Assembly: GCA_051294375.1 (NCBI GenBank)
Contig: CM119271.1
Coordinates: forward strand, 17,013,799 to 17,077,798
DNA from: Paraspadella gotoi
Lineage: Eukaryota; Animalia; Chaetognatha
DNA: 64,000 nt
Direction: 5' to 3'
A program made the position numbers and the translations under genes. Shown piece after piece: positions 25,214 through 36,770 of this stretch. The notes under the pieces are model-generated. The model was given only the letters and a program-made list of their open reading frames with translations. It did no database searches and was not told the DNA's origin. The first letter of the stretch is position 1, and each line of letters opens with the position of its first letter.

Positions 25214-27058
25214 ATGTATGACGCTCAATCGATCACCGTTTCAAACCGCATCAAAGCTACCACCGGATTGCCGTTTCAAAATCTACCGTCTTTGGCAAAA
25301 AATCCTCGATCAACCTTTCGTAAAAATGATATTAAGTCTAACCCTTTCAAATGCATGGAGTGCACACGTTCCTTCAAACATCGTAAAATCCTCAACCATC
25401 ACATGCAACAGATGCACATTCCCGGGAGATCCTGGCGCTGCCACTTGTGCTACTACTCGTCAAAATCTAAAATCCGCCTCACGCATCACAAGAAAACGTC
25501 TCACGAGCTTTTCCTTTGCACCGAGTGTGATTTCAGTTCCAAAGACAAATACATCGTCGATGCTCACGTGTCTAAGCACAAAGAGGAAAGGGCCTTCAAA
25601 TGTTCCATGTGTCCCGTTGCTTGTAAGCACAGATATTTATTGCGCAAACATATGTTGACTCACAAAGATGGGGAAGATTCAAAAAACGACGGGAGTCAAT
25701 TCACTGCCGAAACCAAATCTAATTTGATCGAATACACTCGGAGGCGTAGCAAGGAACCTCTTTATAAATGCAAATCCTGCGTTTACTCAACCAACGATAA
25801 AAATTCTTTGCAAATTCATCATCGGAAACATAAGGGATTTTCTCTCACGTATTTTTGTGATTTTTGCGAGTATAGAACTTGGAAAGGAACTCAATTGCTC
25901 AATCACATGGCCGTTCACGGGAGTTTCGAGTGCGGAGTTTGTAAAGTTGTTTTTGAAGATGCCAACTCTTATCTGAATCACGCCAAGAGTCACAAGGCTT
26001 CTGAAGCTCGCGAATTCAACTGCGAAAAATGTAACTTTTCTTCTTCTTTCAAAGGCTGCTTTCGTCGTCATCAACTCAACTGCAATAGTATGAAAACTTT
26101 TGATTGCGATTGGTGCGATTTCAAGTCGGTTTTGAAACAACAGTTGGTCAGTCATTTAAAAATTCACAGACCTCTCAAGTGCCCCTTATGCGGGAGCATT
26201 TTTAAAGAGGGCTTTCATTATGTAAAACATAAAAAAATTCACGGCGTTGAGTCAAGGTTGTTTAAATGCACTTTGTGTAGTTTTGTGACAACTAAAGAAA
26301 ATACATTATACAATCACGCACAAAGACATGAAGCGAGACCAACATTTTCTTGCGTTTCGTGTCAATTCAAAAGTTTGAGTAAGAAAGAGTTGCTCATTCA
26401 CATGACGGCGCATGAACCATTTAAGTGCGATATTTGCAAAATGATTTTCGATCAAGGTCGTGACTATCTGAAACATTTGAAGGCGAACAATATGCATAAC
26501 ACAGATCATCAATTCAAATGCCCTAAGTGTGACTTCACTACCGATTATAAACAATCATTGATTAAACATGCTGCCAAACATGGGAAAACAATGCAATTTA
26601 TTTGTTGTTCTTGTGATCGCGGATTTTTTAAAAAGCAAGGTTTGCTTACACATATGATTTTGCATAATTCATTAACTTGCCGTTTTTGCCAACGTGTTTT
26701 TAAAAAAGGAAAAAGTTACTTAAAACATCTGAGAATTCATAGTATGTCAAATTCGGACCAGTTATTTCAATGCAGTTTGTGCAGTTTTTATACAAATTAT
26801 GGATCAGTATTTAAAATTCATCAAAAAAAGCACAATGGAAAGATGCCTTTTGCCTGCGACTTTTGCAGCTACAAGGCTTTGGCAAAGCAGTTATTGACCA
26901 GACATTTAGCAGTCCACAAACCGTTAAGATGCAAATTTTGTCTGAAAATTTTTAAACATCCTCTCGTTTATTTAAATCATATGAAAATTCATAACAAGGA
27001 AAAAAATGAGAAGAATCGAAAAAATGATAAAAAACTTTGTGATGATTCTGTTTCTTGA
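25214..27058 (+). CDS. Multi-C2H2 zinc-finger protein (19 fingers, 614 aa ORF; possibly the last exon of a spliced gene)
   Basis: 19 C-x2-C-x12-H-x3-6-H/C motifs counted in the translation; uninterrupted ORF; ATG directly follows the acceptor ttcttactttcag. Confidence 0.95.
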   Translation: MYDAQSITVSNRIKATTGLPFQNLPSLAKNPRSTFRKNDIKSNPFKCMECTRSFKHRKILNHHMQQMHIPGRSWRCHLCYYSSKSKIRLTHHKKTSHELFLCTECDFSSKDKYIVDAHVSKHKEERAFKCSMCPVACKHRYLLRKHMLTHKDGEDSKNDGSQFTAETKSNLIEYTRRRSKEPLYKCKSCVYSTNDKNSLQIHHRKHKGFSLTYFCDFCEYRTWKGTQLLNHMAVHGSFECGVCKVVFEDANSYLNHAKSHKASEAREFNCEKCNFSSSFKGCFRRHQLNCNSMKTFDCDWCDFKSVLKQQLVSHLKIHRPLKCPLCGSIFKEGFHYVKHKKIHGVESRLFKCTLCSFVTTKENTLYNHAQRHEARPTFSCVSCQFKSLSKKELLIHMTAHEPFKCDICKMIFDQGRDYLKHLKANNMHNTDHQFKCPKCDFTTDYKQSLIKHAAKHGKTMQFICCSCDRGFFKKQGLLTHMILHNSLTCRFCQRVFKKGKSYLKHLRIHSMSNSDQLFQCSLCSFYTNYGSVFKIHQKKHNGKMPFACDFCSYKALAKQLLTRHLAVHKPLRCKFCLKIFKHPLVYLNHMKIHNKEKNEKNRKNDKKLCDDSVS

Positions 27059-27208
27059 AACTCTCGCCATAAACGCCACATGAAACTAATAAACTTTTTT
27101 TTTCAGCTCATATGCTCTGAATCAGTCAAATTGAATGACTTCTTGTAAAATAGTTAAAAAAATGATTGAATAACACAGTCTTGAAACAACCTCCGGCTGA
27201 GACTTATC

Positions 27209-27664
27209 ATGGAATCTGACGATTACTCAGAAGAATGGGAAGATGATCCCAACTGTTGGCGAGACGCTAAGAACATCAACGACGAGGCCAACAACTTCCG
27301 TTGCATAGAATGCGGATTGTCGCTCGGAAGTCGAACGGATATTCTGCGTCACATGAGCGTCCATCTAGACTCGTCGTCCTCGTTTCGCGCCAAAAGACTC
27401 GAGGCTCAATTGCAGGAGCGAATCAAATGCGAATTTTGTTTGCGTCAATTCGGACGAATGGGAGATTTAAGGAGACATTGTTCCCTCGTTCATCGAAAAC
27501 TTAATGAGGAAAAGGGACGATGTTTGACGGCCTCGGATTCTCGCGTTGGAATTGCGGGACTGGGGAGACCGGCTGGACCGAGGAGCCTGGGCAGACCCGG
27601 GAGTCTGGCTGGACCGGAGCTGGACGGAGCAGTGAGACCGGCGCGGAGTAGGAAGGAAAATTGA
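27209..27664 (+). CDS. Small two-finger C2H2 protein with acidic N-terminus
   Basis: CIECGLSLGSRTDILRHMSVH and CEFCLRQFGRMGDLRRHCSLVH; acceptor-like tttttttcag at ~27106; repetitive GC-rich tail. Confidence 0.8.
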   Translation: MESDDYSEEWEDDPNCWRDAKNINDEANNFRCIECGLSLGSRTDILRHMSVHLDSSSSFRAKRLEAQLQERIKCEFCLRQFGRMGDLRRHCSLVHRKLNEEKGRCLTASDSRVGIAGLGRPAGPRSLGRPGSLAGPELDGAVRPARSRKEN

Positions 27665-28145
27665 GTGGTTTTTTGTTTGTTTGTTTGTTAAAAGTTTATG
27701 AATTTAAAGACTTTCTTTCCTCTCGTGAAATTGGTACAACTAATATAAAAATTATCAATACATTTAATGAATAAGCTAACTTGCCCTTGAATAATTTTAT
27801 GCTTAACAAAAGCAATGACTTTTTTTCTTAAATTTTCAAAATATATTTTAAGTTATGCGATACTATAAATCTATTTTTTATAATTTTTAAATTTATAGGC
27901 TCTATAATTTTTCTTTATTTTTTTATTTTTAAGATTATTTTAAAATTAATTTAAAAACTAATTACAAACTTCGCCTCTTGTGACAAATTTGCTTGAATAT
28001 AATATTGTTATTGTTTTTAACGTCATAAGATCTGGACATTCATTTAAAAAATAGACAAACTTTGTTCAATAGTAAAACTTTAAAACTCGAATTATCGAGG
28101 AAATAATATATAATATATCTGTTGGATATTTTCATGAATTAAAAT

Positions 28146-28290
28146 TTTTTATCGAACCAGGACAGGCTTCGCCTGGTCCTGACTCTATAAGGTTTTAAGA
28201 TTTCTTCTTTGTCGTCGTCTAAAAACTTTTATTATCGCCATTTAATCCGCGCTTTTTATCTCAATACAAAATCCCAAAATACAATAACTT
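28146..28290 (+). mobile_element. Helentron/DINE-1-like 5' end
   Basis: ttttatcgaac-caggacaggc(ttc)gcctggtcctg-actctataag then gtcgtcgtc. The internal aaaacttttattatcgccattta.tccgcgc segment is shared with 39511-39567. Confidence 0.5.
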
Positions 28291-28521
28291 ACTTGACCTA
28301 GATTTCGGGGCAACGAGTAAATAAAGTCGATGAACATGACCAAATAACGCGTTCGATGGCAACGGAAACGTTACGTGTATAAAAAAAAAAGTGACCTAAT
28401 TTCACGCCGCCGTTGTGAGGCAACGGATAACCGAGATAAACGAGAGTGACCTAATAATGCGTCTTGTTGGTGGGAAAACTCTCTCTTTCTCTCACTCTCT
28501 CTTTCTCACTCTCTCTATCTC

Positions 28522-28720
28522 TTTTTTAGTCGGATCTGCTTATCAGCAGATCCCGACTCTATAATTCACTTAGTCGGTCCGCCTCCTCAATATTGTCAGA
28601 CACTAACTTATATCATGGAATGAAATTTTGTGTGTGGGTAGGGAAGTGTGTGATTGAGCTGGATATGAAGTTTCGATGGAATCGTGCGAGTGGAAATGAG
28701 TTAAAATGGAAAAAAATTTA
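28522..28720 (+). mobile_element. Helentron/DINE-1-like 5' end (second copy at 49399-49470)
   Basis: ttttagtcggatctgcttatcagcagatcccgactctataattcact..gtcggtccg: terminal hairpin followed by (GTCG) repeats at both loci. Confidence 0.6.
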
Positions 28721-29119
28721 CTCAGTTTTTTTTTTTTTTTTTTTTTTTTTTGCTTTTCTTTTGTGAATCAGCAGGGCGCGAACCCGAGTCCTTTGGATTG
28801 GGAGGATTTCGCGCTACCTCCAGCGCTACCGGACAAGTAGAGGGGCTGTTCAGCTTCTCTCTCCCTCTTTTAATTATATGTCACCCTCTCTCTTTTTCTC
28901 TGTCGCTACTGATTCTGATTTGTGACGTAGTCGTTGTCATCATAATCCAGGTTAAGCCACTCTTTTATTCTCGCTCGCAACTTCTCTCAAGTAGCTATTA
29001 CAATATAAACCTGTGGCTGTGGCAATACATGTAAATCGCTTTCAAGGGCTTAAACTGAACTGTTACTGCGGCAATAATAATAATTTTTTGAAATTTGCAT
29101 TCATTTTTTACTTTTTTAT

Positions 29120-31655
29120 TTTTTTCAACTTGCATAATTTTTAACTTCAAATTCACTTTGCATTAATTTTTTGTCAACTTGCATAATTTTTCAACTTGCA
29201 TTAGATTTTTTCAACTTGCATATACTTATTTCACTTGCATAATTTTTTCAACGTTGCATAATTTTTTCAAACGTTGCATAAATTTTACTGATATTTTCAA
29301 ACTTGCATAATTTTTATTCAATTTTAACTTGCCATAATTTTTTAACTTGCAATTTTTTCAAACTTGGCATAATTTTTCACTTCAATTCTTGCATAATTTT
29401 TTTCCAACTTGCATAATTTTTTTTCAACTTGCAAATTTCAACTCATATTTTTTCCAACTTGCATAAATTTTTTCAACTTGCATAATTTTTTCAACTTGCA
29501 TAATTTTTTCACTTGTAATTTCAACTTACATATTTTTTTCCAACTTGCTATTTCATTGATATATTTTTCAACTTGCATATTCAGATAATTTTTTTCCAAA
29601 CTTGCATAATTTTTTTCAACTTGCATAATTTTTTTCAACTTGCAATAATTTTTTCAACTTGCATAATTTTTTCCAACTTGCACTAATTTTTTCAACTTGC
29701 ATAATTTTTTTCAACTTGCATAATTTTTTCAAACTTGCATAATTTTTTCAACTTGCATTAATTTTTCAAACTTGCATAATTTTTTCAAACTTGCTAATTT
29801 TTTTCAACTTGCATAATTTTTTTCAACTTGCATAATTTTTTCAACTTGCATAATTTTTTCAACTTGCATAATTTTTTTCAACTTGCATAATTTTTTCAAC
29901 TCATAATTTTTTCAACTTGCATAATTTTTTCAACTTGCATAATTTTTTCAACTTGCATAATTTTTTCAACTTGCATAATTTTTTCAACTTGCATAATTTT
30001 TTCAAACTTGCATAATTTTTTCAACTTGCATAATTTTTTCAACTTGCTAATTTTTTCAACTTGGCATAATTTTTTCAACTTGCATAATTTTTCAACTTGC
30101 ATAAATTTTTTAACTTGCATAATTTTTTCAACTTGCATAATTTTTTCAACTTGCATAATTTTTTCAACTTGCATAACTTTTTTCAACTTGCATAATTTTT
30201 TCAACTTGCATAATTTTTTCAACTGCATAATTTTTTCACTTGCAATAATTTTTTAACTTGCATAAATTTTTTAACTTGCATAATTTTTTCAACTTGCATA
30301 ATTTTTTCAATTGCATAATTTTTTCAACTTGCATAATTTTTTCAACTTGCATAATTTTTCAACTTGTAATCATCAATTTTTTCAACTTGCATAATTTTTT
30401 CAACTTGCATAATTTTTTCAACTTGCATAATTTTTCAACTTGCATAATTTTTCAACTTGCAGATTTTTTAATTTTTAACTATCTAGTTATCAAGTTCCAT
30501 TAGTGAGGCAGCGAGGAAGTTCAAATGTGTATCTATTTTATATGTTTTATTATCCATTCAAATATTTTTTATTTGCATTTCCATTTAATTATGATTTACT
30601 GCAATATGCAAATTAGATTAAAGTAATTTTTCATTAATTTTCTTTGATAGTAAGGTCTGGCGATTTTTTTTTTTTGCATTGATTTTCTTTGGATTTTATT
30701 TTACTTTTTAAAATGTTCCTTTTCAGTAGCAACGTTCCCATACTCACTACAACAAAAAAATTGGCACAAGCTAATAGACACAAAAAATCTAACTATGCCG
30801 AAAATCACGACGAATCCGCTTCCCCAATCCATTCCTTATGAGTGCAAAAGAAAAGATTGTGGATTCAAAACTTTCAACGACGTTGATTTTCTCTTTCACA
30901 ACGAACGACATAAACAGGAAAAGATTACCGGGCGTCGAGTGTCAATTCTCGTGCAACACGCGAAGCAAAATCGTGAGTCACATGAATCTCACAGTGACGA
31001 AAAAGCCTATCGATGCAACTCTTGTGAGTTCACGGCGCGAGCCTCTCCGGTCTCCTCAGCATCAAAAGATGCACAAGAAAAACAAATTCCTTGATCTCTC
31101 TCTTTTTTTTTTTTNNNNNNNNNNNNNNNNNNNNNNNNNTCAACTTGCATTAATTTTTCAAACTTGCATAATTTTTTCAAACTTGCTAATTTTTTCAACT
31201 TGTATTTTCACATAATTTTTCAACTTGGCATAAATTTTCACTTGCATAATTTTTTTCAACTTGCATAATTTTTTTCAACTTGCATAATTTTTTCAACTTG
31301 CATAATTTTTTCAACTTGCATAATTTTTTCAACTTGCATAATTTTTTCAACTTGCATAATTTTTTTCAACTTGCATAATTTTTTCAACTTGCATAATTTT
31401 TTCAACTTGGCATAATTTTTTCAACTTGATTTTTTCATCATAATTTTTTCAACTTGCATAATTTTTTCAACTTGCATAATTTTTTCAACTTGCATAATTT
31501 TTTCACTTGCATAATTTTTTCAACTTGCATAATTTTTTCAACTTGATCATCAATTTTTTCAACTTGACATAATTTTTTTTCTATCAACTTGCATAATTTT
31601 TTTCAACTTGCATAATTTTTTCAACTTGCATAATTTTCTTGCAATCAACTTGCAG
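29120..31655 (+). repeat. 16-bp satellite (ttttttcaacttgcataa-type)n, two blocks 29120-30462 and 31140-31655
   Basis: Roughly 100 tandem copies, interrupted by a duplicated ZF segment and a 25-N gap. Confidence 0.95.
30795..31093 (+). pseudogene. Truncated duplicate of the 32 kb ZF gene (probably an assembly duplicate)
   Basis: 30463-31093 is nearly identical to 31658-32289 and stops just before a 25-N gap. Confidence 0.7.
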
Positions 31656-31988
31656 CATTTTTTAATTTTTAACTATCTAGTTATCAAGTTCCATTAGTGA
31701 GGCAGCGAGGAAGTTCAAATGTGTATCTATTTTATATGTTTTATATCCATTCAAATATTTTTTATTTGCATTTCCATTTAATTATGATTTACTGCAATAT
31801 GCAAATTAGATTAAAGTAATTTTTCATTAATTTTCTTTGATAGTAAGGTCTGGCGATTTTTTTTTTTTGCATTGATTTTCTTTGGATTTTATTTTACTTT
31901 TTAAAATGTTCCTTTTCAGTAGCAACGTTCCCATACTCACTACAACAAAAAAATTGGCACAAGCTAATAGACACAAAAAATCTAAACT

Positions 31989-32494
31989 ATGCCGAAAATC
32001 ACGACGAATCCGCTTCCCAATCCATTCCTTATGAGTGCAAAAGAAAAGATTGTGGATTCAAAACTTTCAACGACGTTGATTTTCTCTTTCACAACGAACG
32101 ACATAAACAGGAAAAGATTACCGTGCGTCGAGTGTCAATTCTCGTGCAACACGCGAAGCAAAATCGTGAGTCACATGAATCTCACAGTGACGAAAAAGCC
32201 TATCGATGCAACTCTTGTGAGTTCACGGCGCGAGCCCTCTCCGGTCTCCTCCAGCATCAAAAGATGCACAAGAAAAACAAATTCCCTTGCGATGAATGCG
32301 GAAAGGAGTTCAACTTGAAACGATATTTGGTTAGACATAAAAAAAAAATGCACACGAGACAAGAAGAAGAAAAAAGGAAAGGAGGCGAAATGTCGGAGAA
32401 AGAAACTGATAAATCTGATGTATCGAACTCGCTTCATTTTCGGGATTGTCATGATTGTAGCGAGTATCTTAATGTTATCTTATTGTTATTTTGA
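31989..32494 (+). CDS. Four-finger C2H2 protein gene with frameshifts (pseudogene or consensus errors)
   Basis: Joined frames give CKRKDCGFKTFNDVDFLFHNERH, CVECQFSCNTRSKIVSHMNL(H), CNSCEFTARALSGLLQHQKMH and CDECGKEFNLKRYLVRHKKKMH; acceptor ttttcag at ~31919. Confidence 0.75.
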
Positions 32495-32654
32495 TTTTTT
32501 TATTATTTTTTTTTTGCTTACTTTGTCGGTCTGTCGATCTATATAACTATAGGCCTATAGTATATTAAAAGTATTTTTTTTAACATTCCCTCTTAGCTTG
32601 TGGTATCATTAAATTTTGTCATATATATGCATTTAATACTTGCATAATTATTAA

Positions 32655-33818
32655 GGCGGAACAGGTTACAAACTAACAGAAGTCCGGTATAAATATTGTT
32701 AATGTGTTTATTAAAGATCGCGAAAATAAAAACAAATTTAAGATTTATTTTATAGTTAAATGCATGGAAGCTATTTTATATTATCCAAATATAACTATAT
32801 AGTATATAACTATAATATGAAAAAAAATTTTATAAATTTTAATTTTTTTTATAGGATTCTGATAGAACTTGAAAAGTTAGATGACGGTTGTTATTACAAC
32901 TTTTTGAGGTTTTAATCTATAAAAATTAACAAAAACTATAAAATTTAATGAATGATAATAATAATTTTTTAAAGTTTTTTTCAAATTTTACCCCATTTTT
33001 CATTTAACATTTGTAATACTAACCTTAATCTAATTTTTTTTCTTTATCTGAATCTATTTTGAAAAATTTTAATTTAAAAAAATTTTAAGCATTTTTTATA
33101 TATTATTAAATATTAAAATTTTTCCATGCATGAGTAGGGGTAGCTGCACTCAATGGGGTGAGTCAAAAATTTACAGCAAGTACATGCTCAAACATTTTTA
33201 AGTATACTTTCAATGGACAAAAAATTTCTTATATGGCTCTATAATTTAGTAATTAATTTTTTAATATTTATTTATAAAAAGGAAAGGCCAAAGTTTCTTT
33301 TTTAAATTTTAAGACCAGATTTAGATAGCTCATAAAAAGTTGTCTGTACAAAGTATAATTCTTTTATAAAGATTTTTATGATAAGTGAGTCAAAAATAAG
33401 AAAAAACATAAATTGTCATCATCATCATATTTCGATGATTTTATCGGTTTTTTAAATTTTTATTTAGATAACATAATTTTTTTAAAAAGTGTATTTATAT
33501 TTTTTGTTTAACTTTTTATGCTCTCAGAATCCATCAAAAAAATTTAAAATTTAAAAAAAAATTTTTTTGCTCTATATAGTAATATAATAATTTTAATTAG
33601 GTGAGTACCTTCAGAAAAAAACATTTTTAAATAAAAATATTTTAATACCATAATATTTGCTCATGATTGATTATTTTAACACTGTATACATTAACTTTTA
33701 AATTTCATCGGCTATGGCTTGCATGAGGAAAATTAACTTAATCAAAATCTAACATCATAAGTAAATTTTGTTATAAAAGGATAAAATACTTTTATTACAG
33801 TTTAAATTCTGGCCCGCC
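32655..33818. mobile_element. Non-autonomous TIR element, Kolobok-like (TTAA|GG..CC|TTAA); paralog at ~35445-36422
   Basis: ttaa-ggcggaacag ... ctggcccgcc-ttaa with an AT-rich interior. Confidence 0.55.
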
Positions 33819-34193
33819 TTAATAGTTAATTAGTTATGTGTTAATGTAAAAATACAGTTGCATAATTATTTTTTTTAATAGGTTATAAACATGTTTCATA
33901 CTTGTGTTAAGGTTTTACTCATATGTTGGGAATTTAAAACTCAGGTCAATAATAATGTCTAATTTATGTTTAAATTAAAATTAAATTTCTATACTCAATA
34001 TAAAAATTATCCATATATTCAATAACTGTTAATTAAACTCTCTTGTCTTGTAATTTTAGACAGGGTCTGCACCTTTCATTTTGCATTGCGATTGACTTAG
34101 TACTGCAATATTTTAATTCAACTTGTCTGCAGTTAAAAATATCTTTTCTTTATCCTATTTAGATAAAGTGCCGCTCAAAAAAAATAAAACAAG

Positions 34194-34644
34194 ATGGAGG
34201 ATTCTCACGATCCTCAGTTCAAATGCACAGAAAGAGGTTGTGACTTCAAATCAATCAATTACATTGACTATATATCGCACAAAAAACAGCATGATCAATG
34301 GATTTGCATGGAGTGCAATTTTTCTGCCAGAAGCAGAGACAAATGCGGAAAACATGAGTTTGCATTTCAACGAAAAACCTTATCGATGCACCACTTGTGA
34401 GTTCACGGCGCGATCCATCTCCGGTCTGCTCCAGCATCAAAAGATGCACACAAAAAACAAATTCCCTTGCGATGAATGTGAAAAGGAGTTTAAATTGAAA
34501 CGATATTTGGTTAAACATAAACAAAAAATGCATAAGAGACAAGAAGAAGAAAAGAGGAAAGAAGGAGAAATGTCGAGAAAGAAACTGATAAATCTTATGT
34601 CATCGATCTTTCTGCATTTTTGGGATTGTCGTGATTGTAGCTAG
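34194..34644 (+). CDS. Chimeric four-finger C2H2 gene, frameshifted at ~34340-34352
   Basis: 5' half (MEDSH..EKPYRC) is near-identical to the 36.7 kb gene; 3' half (CEFTARSISGLLQHQKMH..) is near-identical to the 32 kb gene; acceptor cctatttag at 34162. Confidence 0.75.
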
Positions 34645-34813
34645 TATCTTAAAATTATCTTATTGCTATTTTGTTTGTTTTTTTGGCTTACTTTGTCAGT
34701 CTGTTGTATATAGCTATAGGCCTATAGGATATTAAAAGTATTTTTTTAACATTCCCTCTTAGCTTGAGGCATCATTAAATTTTGTCATATATATGCATTT
34801 AATACTTGCATAG

Positions 34814-35429
34814 TAGAGTGGAGCACTCAAGAACAAAAAATTTATTTGAATGATCGAACAATGATATTTAAATGTGAGATAGTATGATTAACTAGTACAA
34901 AAAATATTTCGTTCATATTATCTCGGGAACAGAATAGCAAAATATAATATATTTGTAGTAATATCCTTATAAAATAGTAAATTTTAAAAATAATTTTTAT
35001 AAAACTTTTAATAAAGATTCAGATTCTTCATAAAAAGTTGAATCAAAAATATAAAACATGTTATCAAAAATTCTGTTTAAAATAAGAAAAAAGGTAAAAA
35101 TTCCTGACTTTTTTATTCTCTGTAGTAGAAACTTATATATGTTAAAACGTTTTAGTCATTTTTTGGATCTAAACATTAAAATATCATATAACATATTTTA
35201 TAAAAGTTTCTTAGTTTTTTACACGCGAATCCAAATCAGTTCTTAAAAATAAAAAAAAATTATTTTGAAATTTAACGATTTTATAAGGATATTACTACAT
35301 AAATAATTGAATTTGCTATACTGTTATGCTAAAAAAATTTTTAAAAGGATTTAAAATTCATTAATTATATGTTCATAGGCAGCAAAAAAATAATGTTCAA
35401 TCACTCAATCTTTTCATCACTCCACCCTG
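34814..35429. mobile_element. hAT-like MITE
   Basis: 8-bp TSD ttgcatag (34806-13, 35430-37); TIRs tagagtggag / ctccaccctg; empty site in the paralog at ~32640 (tacttgcataattattaagg). Confidence 0.8.
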
Positions 35430-35986
35430 TTGCATAGTTATTAAGGCGGAACAGGTTACAAACTAACAGAAGTCCGGTATAAATATTGTTAGTGTTTATT
35501 AAAGGTCGCGAAAATATAAACAAATTTAAGATTTATCTTATAGTTTAACGCATGGAAGCTATTTTGTATTATCCAAATACTATATAATATCAAAAAAAAA
35601 TTTTTCATAAGTTTTATTTTTTTTAAGGATTCTGATAGCTTGAAAAATTAGATGACGGTTATTATTACAACTTTTTGAAGTTTTAATGATTTATCTATAA
35701 AAATTAACAAAAACTATAAAATTTAATAAATGATGATGATGATAATAATTTTTTAAAGTTTTTTCAAATTTTACCCCATTTTAAAACATTTGTAATACTA
35801 ACCTTTATCTATTTTTTTAATCTTTATCAGAATCTATTTTGAAAAATTTAAATTTAAAAATATTTTTAAGTATTTTTTATATATTATTAAATATTAAAAT
35901 GCTTGATTGCATGAGTAGGGTTAGCTGCACTCAATGGGGTGAGTCAAAAATTTACAGCAAGTACATGCTCAAATGAAAATTTATAC

Positions 35987-36219
35987 TGAAGAGACAGTAA
36001 TTATTGATAAGTGTTAATGACAGAACCGTTCAATATAAGCAGTCCCTGAGCTTCGGATCAGGCGGGTTACCATGTTACAGGCGGGTTAAGCGCCCCATCC
36101 CTCTTAACTGCCAGACGACCACCGGGCTAGAACCCCGGACCTTTGGGTTGGGAGGCGAATGACTTGCCTCCGGCACCAATGGCCGCTGATGAACGGTTAG
36201 TGGATTTTAGTCCACCATA
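35987..36219 (-). mobile_element. ~235-bp element with an internal tRNA-Gly-like segment (second copy 43450-43668, +)
   Basis: Minus strand gcggccattggtgccggaggc..cgcctcccaacccaaaggtccggggttctagcccgg; flanked by atac/atac; absent from the paralogous site at ~33190; internal inverted repeat aaccgttca/tgaacggtt. Confidence 0.65.
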
Positions 36220-36770
36220 ATACATTTTTAAGTAAATTTTCAATGGACAAAAAATTTATTATATGGCTCATGATAGATTATTTTAACACTTTACTCAATA
36301 ACATTTAAATTTCATTGGCTATGGCTAGCATGAGGAAAATTAATTTAATCAAAATATAACATAAGTAAATTTGGTTATAAAAGGATAAAATATTTTTATT
36401 ACAGATAAAATTCTGGCCCGTCTTAATATAAAAATACAGTTGCATAATTATTTTTTTAATAGGTTATAAGCAAGTTTCATACTTGTGTTAAGGTTTTACT
36501 CATATGTTGGGATTTAAACTCAAGTTAATAATAAGGTCTAATTTATGTTTAAAAGGCTATAATTAAATTTCTATACTCAATATAAAAATTATCCATATAT
36601 TCAATAACTGTTAATTAAACTCTCTTGTCTTGTAATTTTAGACACCTTGCACCTTTCATTTTGCATTGCGATTGATTTTTTAATTCAACTTGTCTGCAGT
36701 TAAAAATCTCTTTTCTTTATCCTATTTAGATAAAGTGCCGCTCAAAACAAAAAACAATCCAACTAACGAG

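Noticed and set aside
25787-26554. Antisense ORFs over the ZF gene (also 32171-32452, 34255-34542, 36828-37118)
   Set aside because: Shadow ORFs of the real + strand coding sequence.
29438-30503. MQVEKI/KKLCKL repeat ORFs and a CRISPR-like look of the regular array
   Set aside because: Head-to-tail 16-bp satellite with no unique spacers; eukaryotic context; no cas genes.
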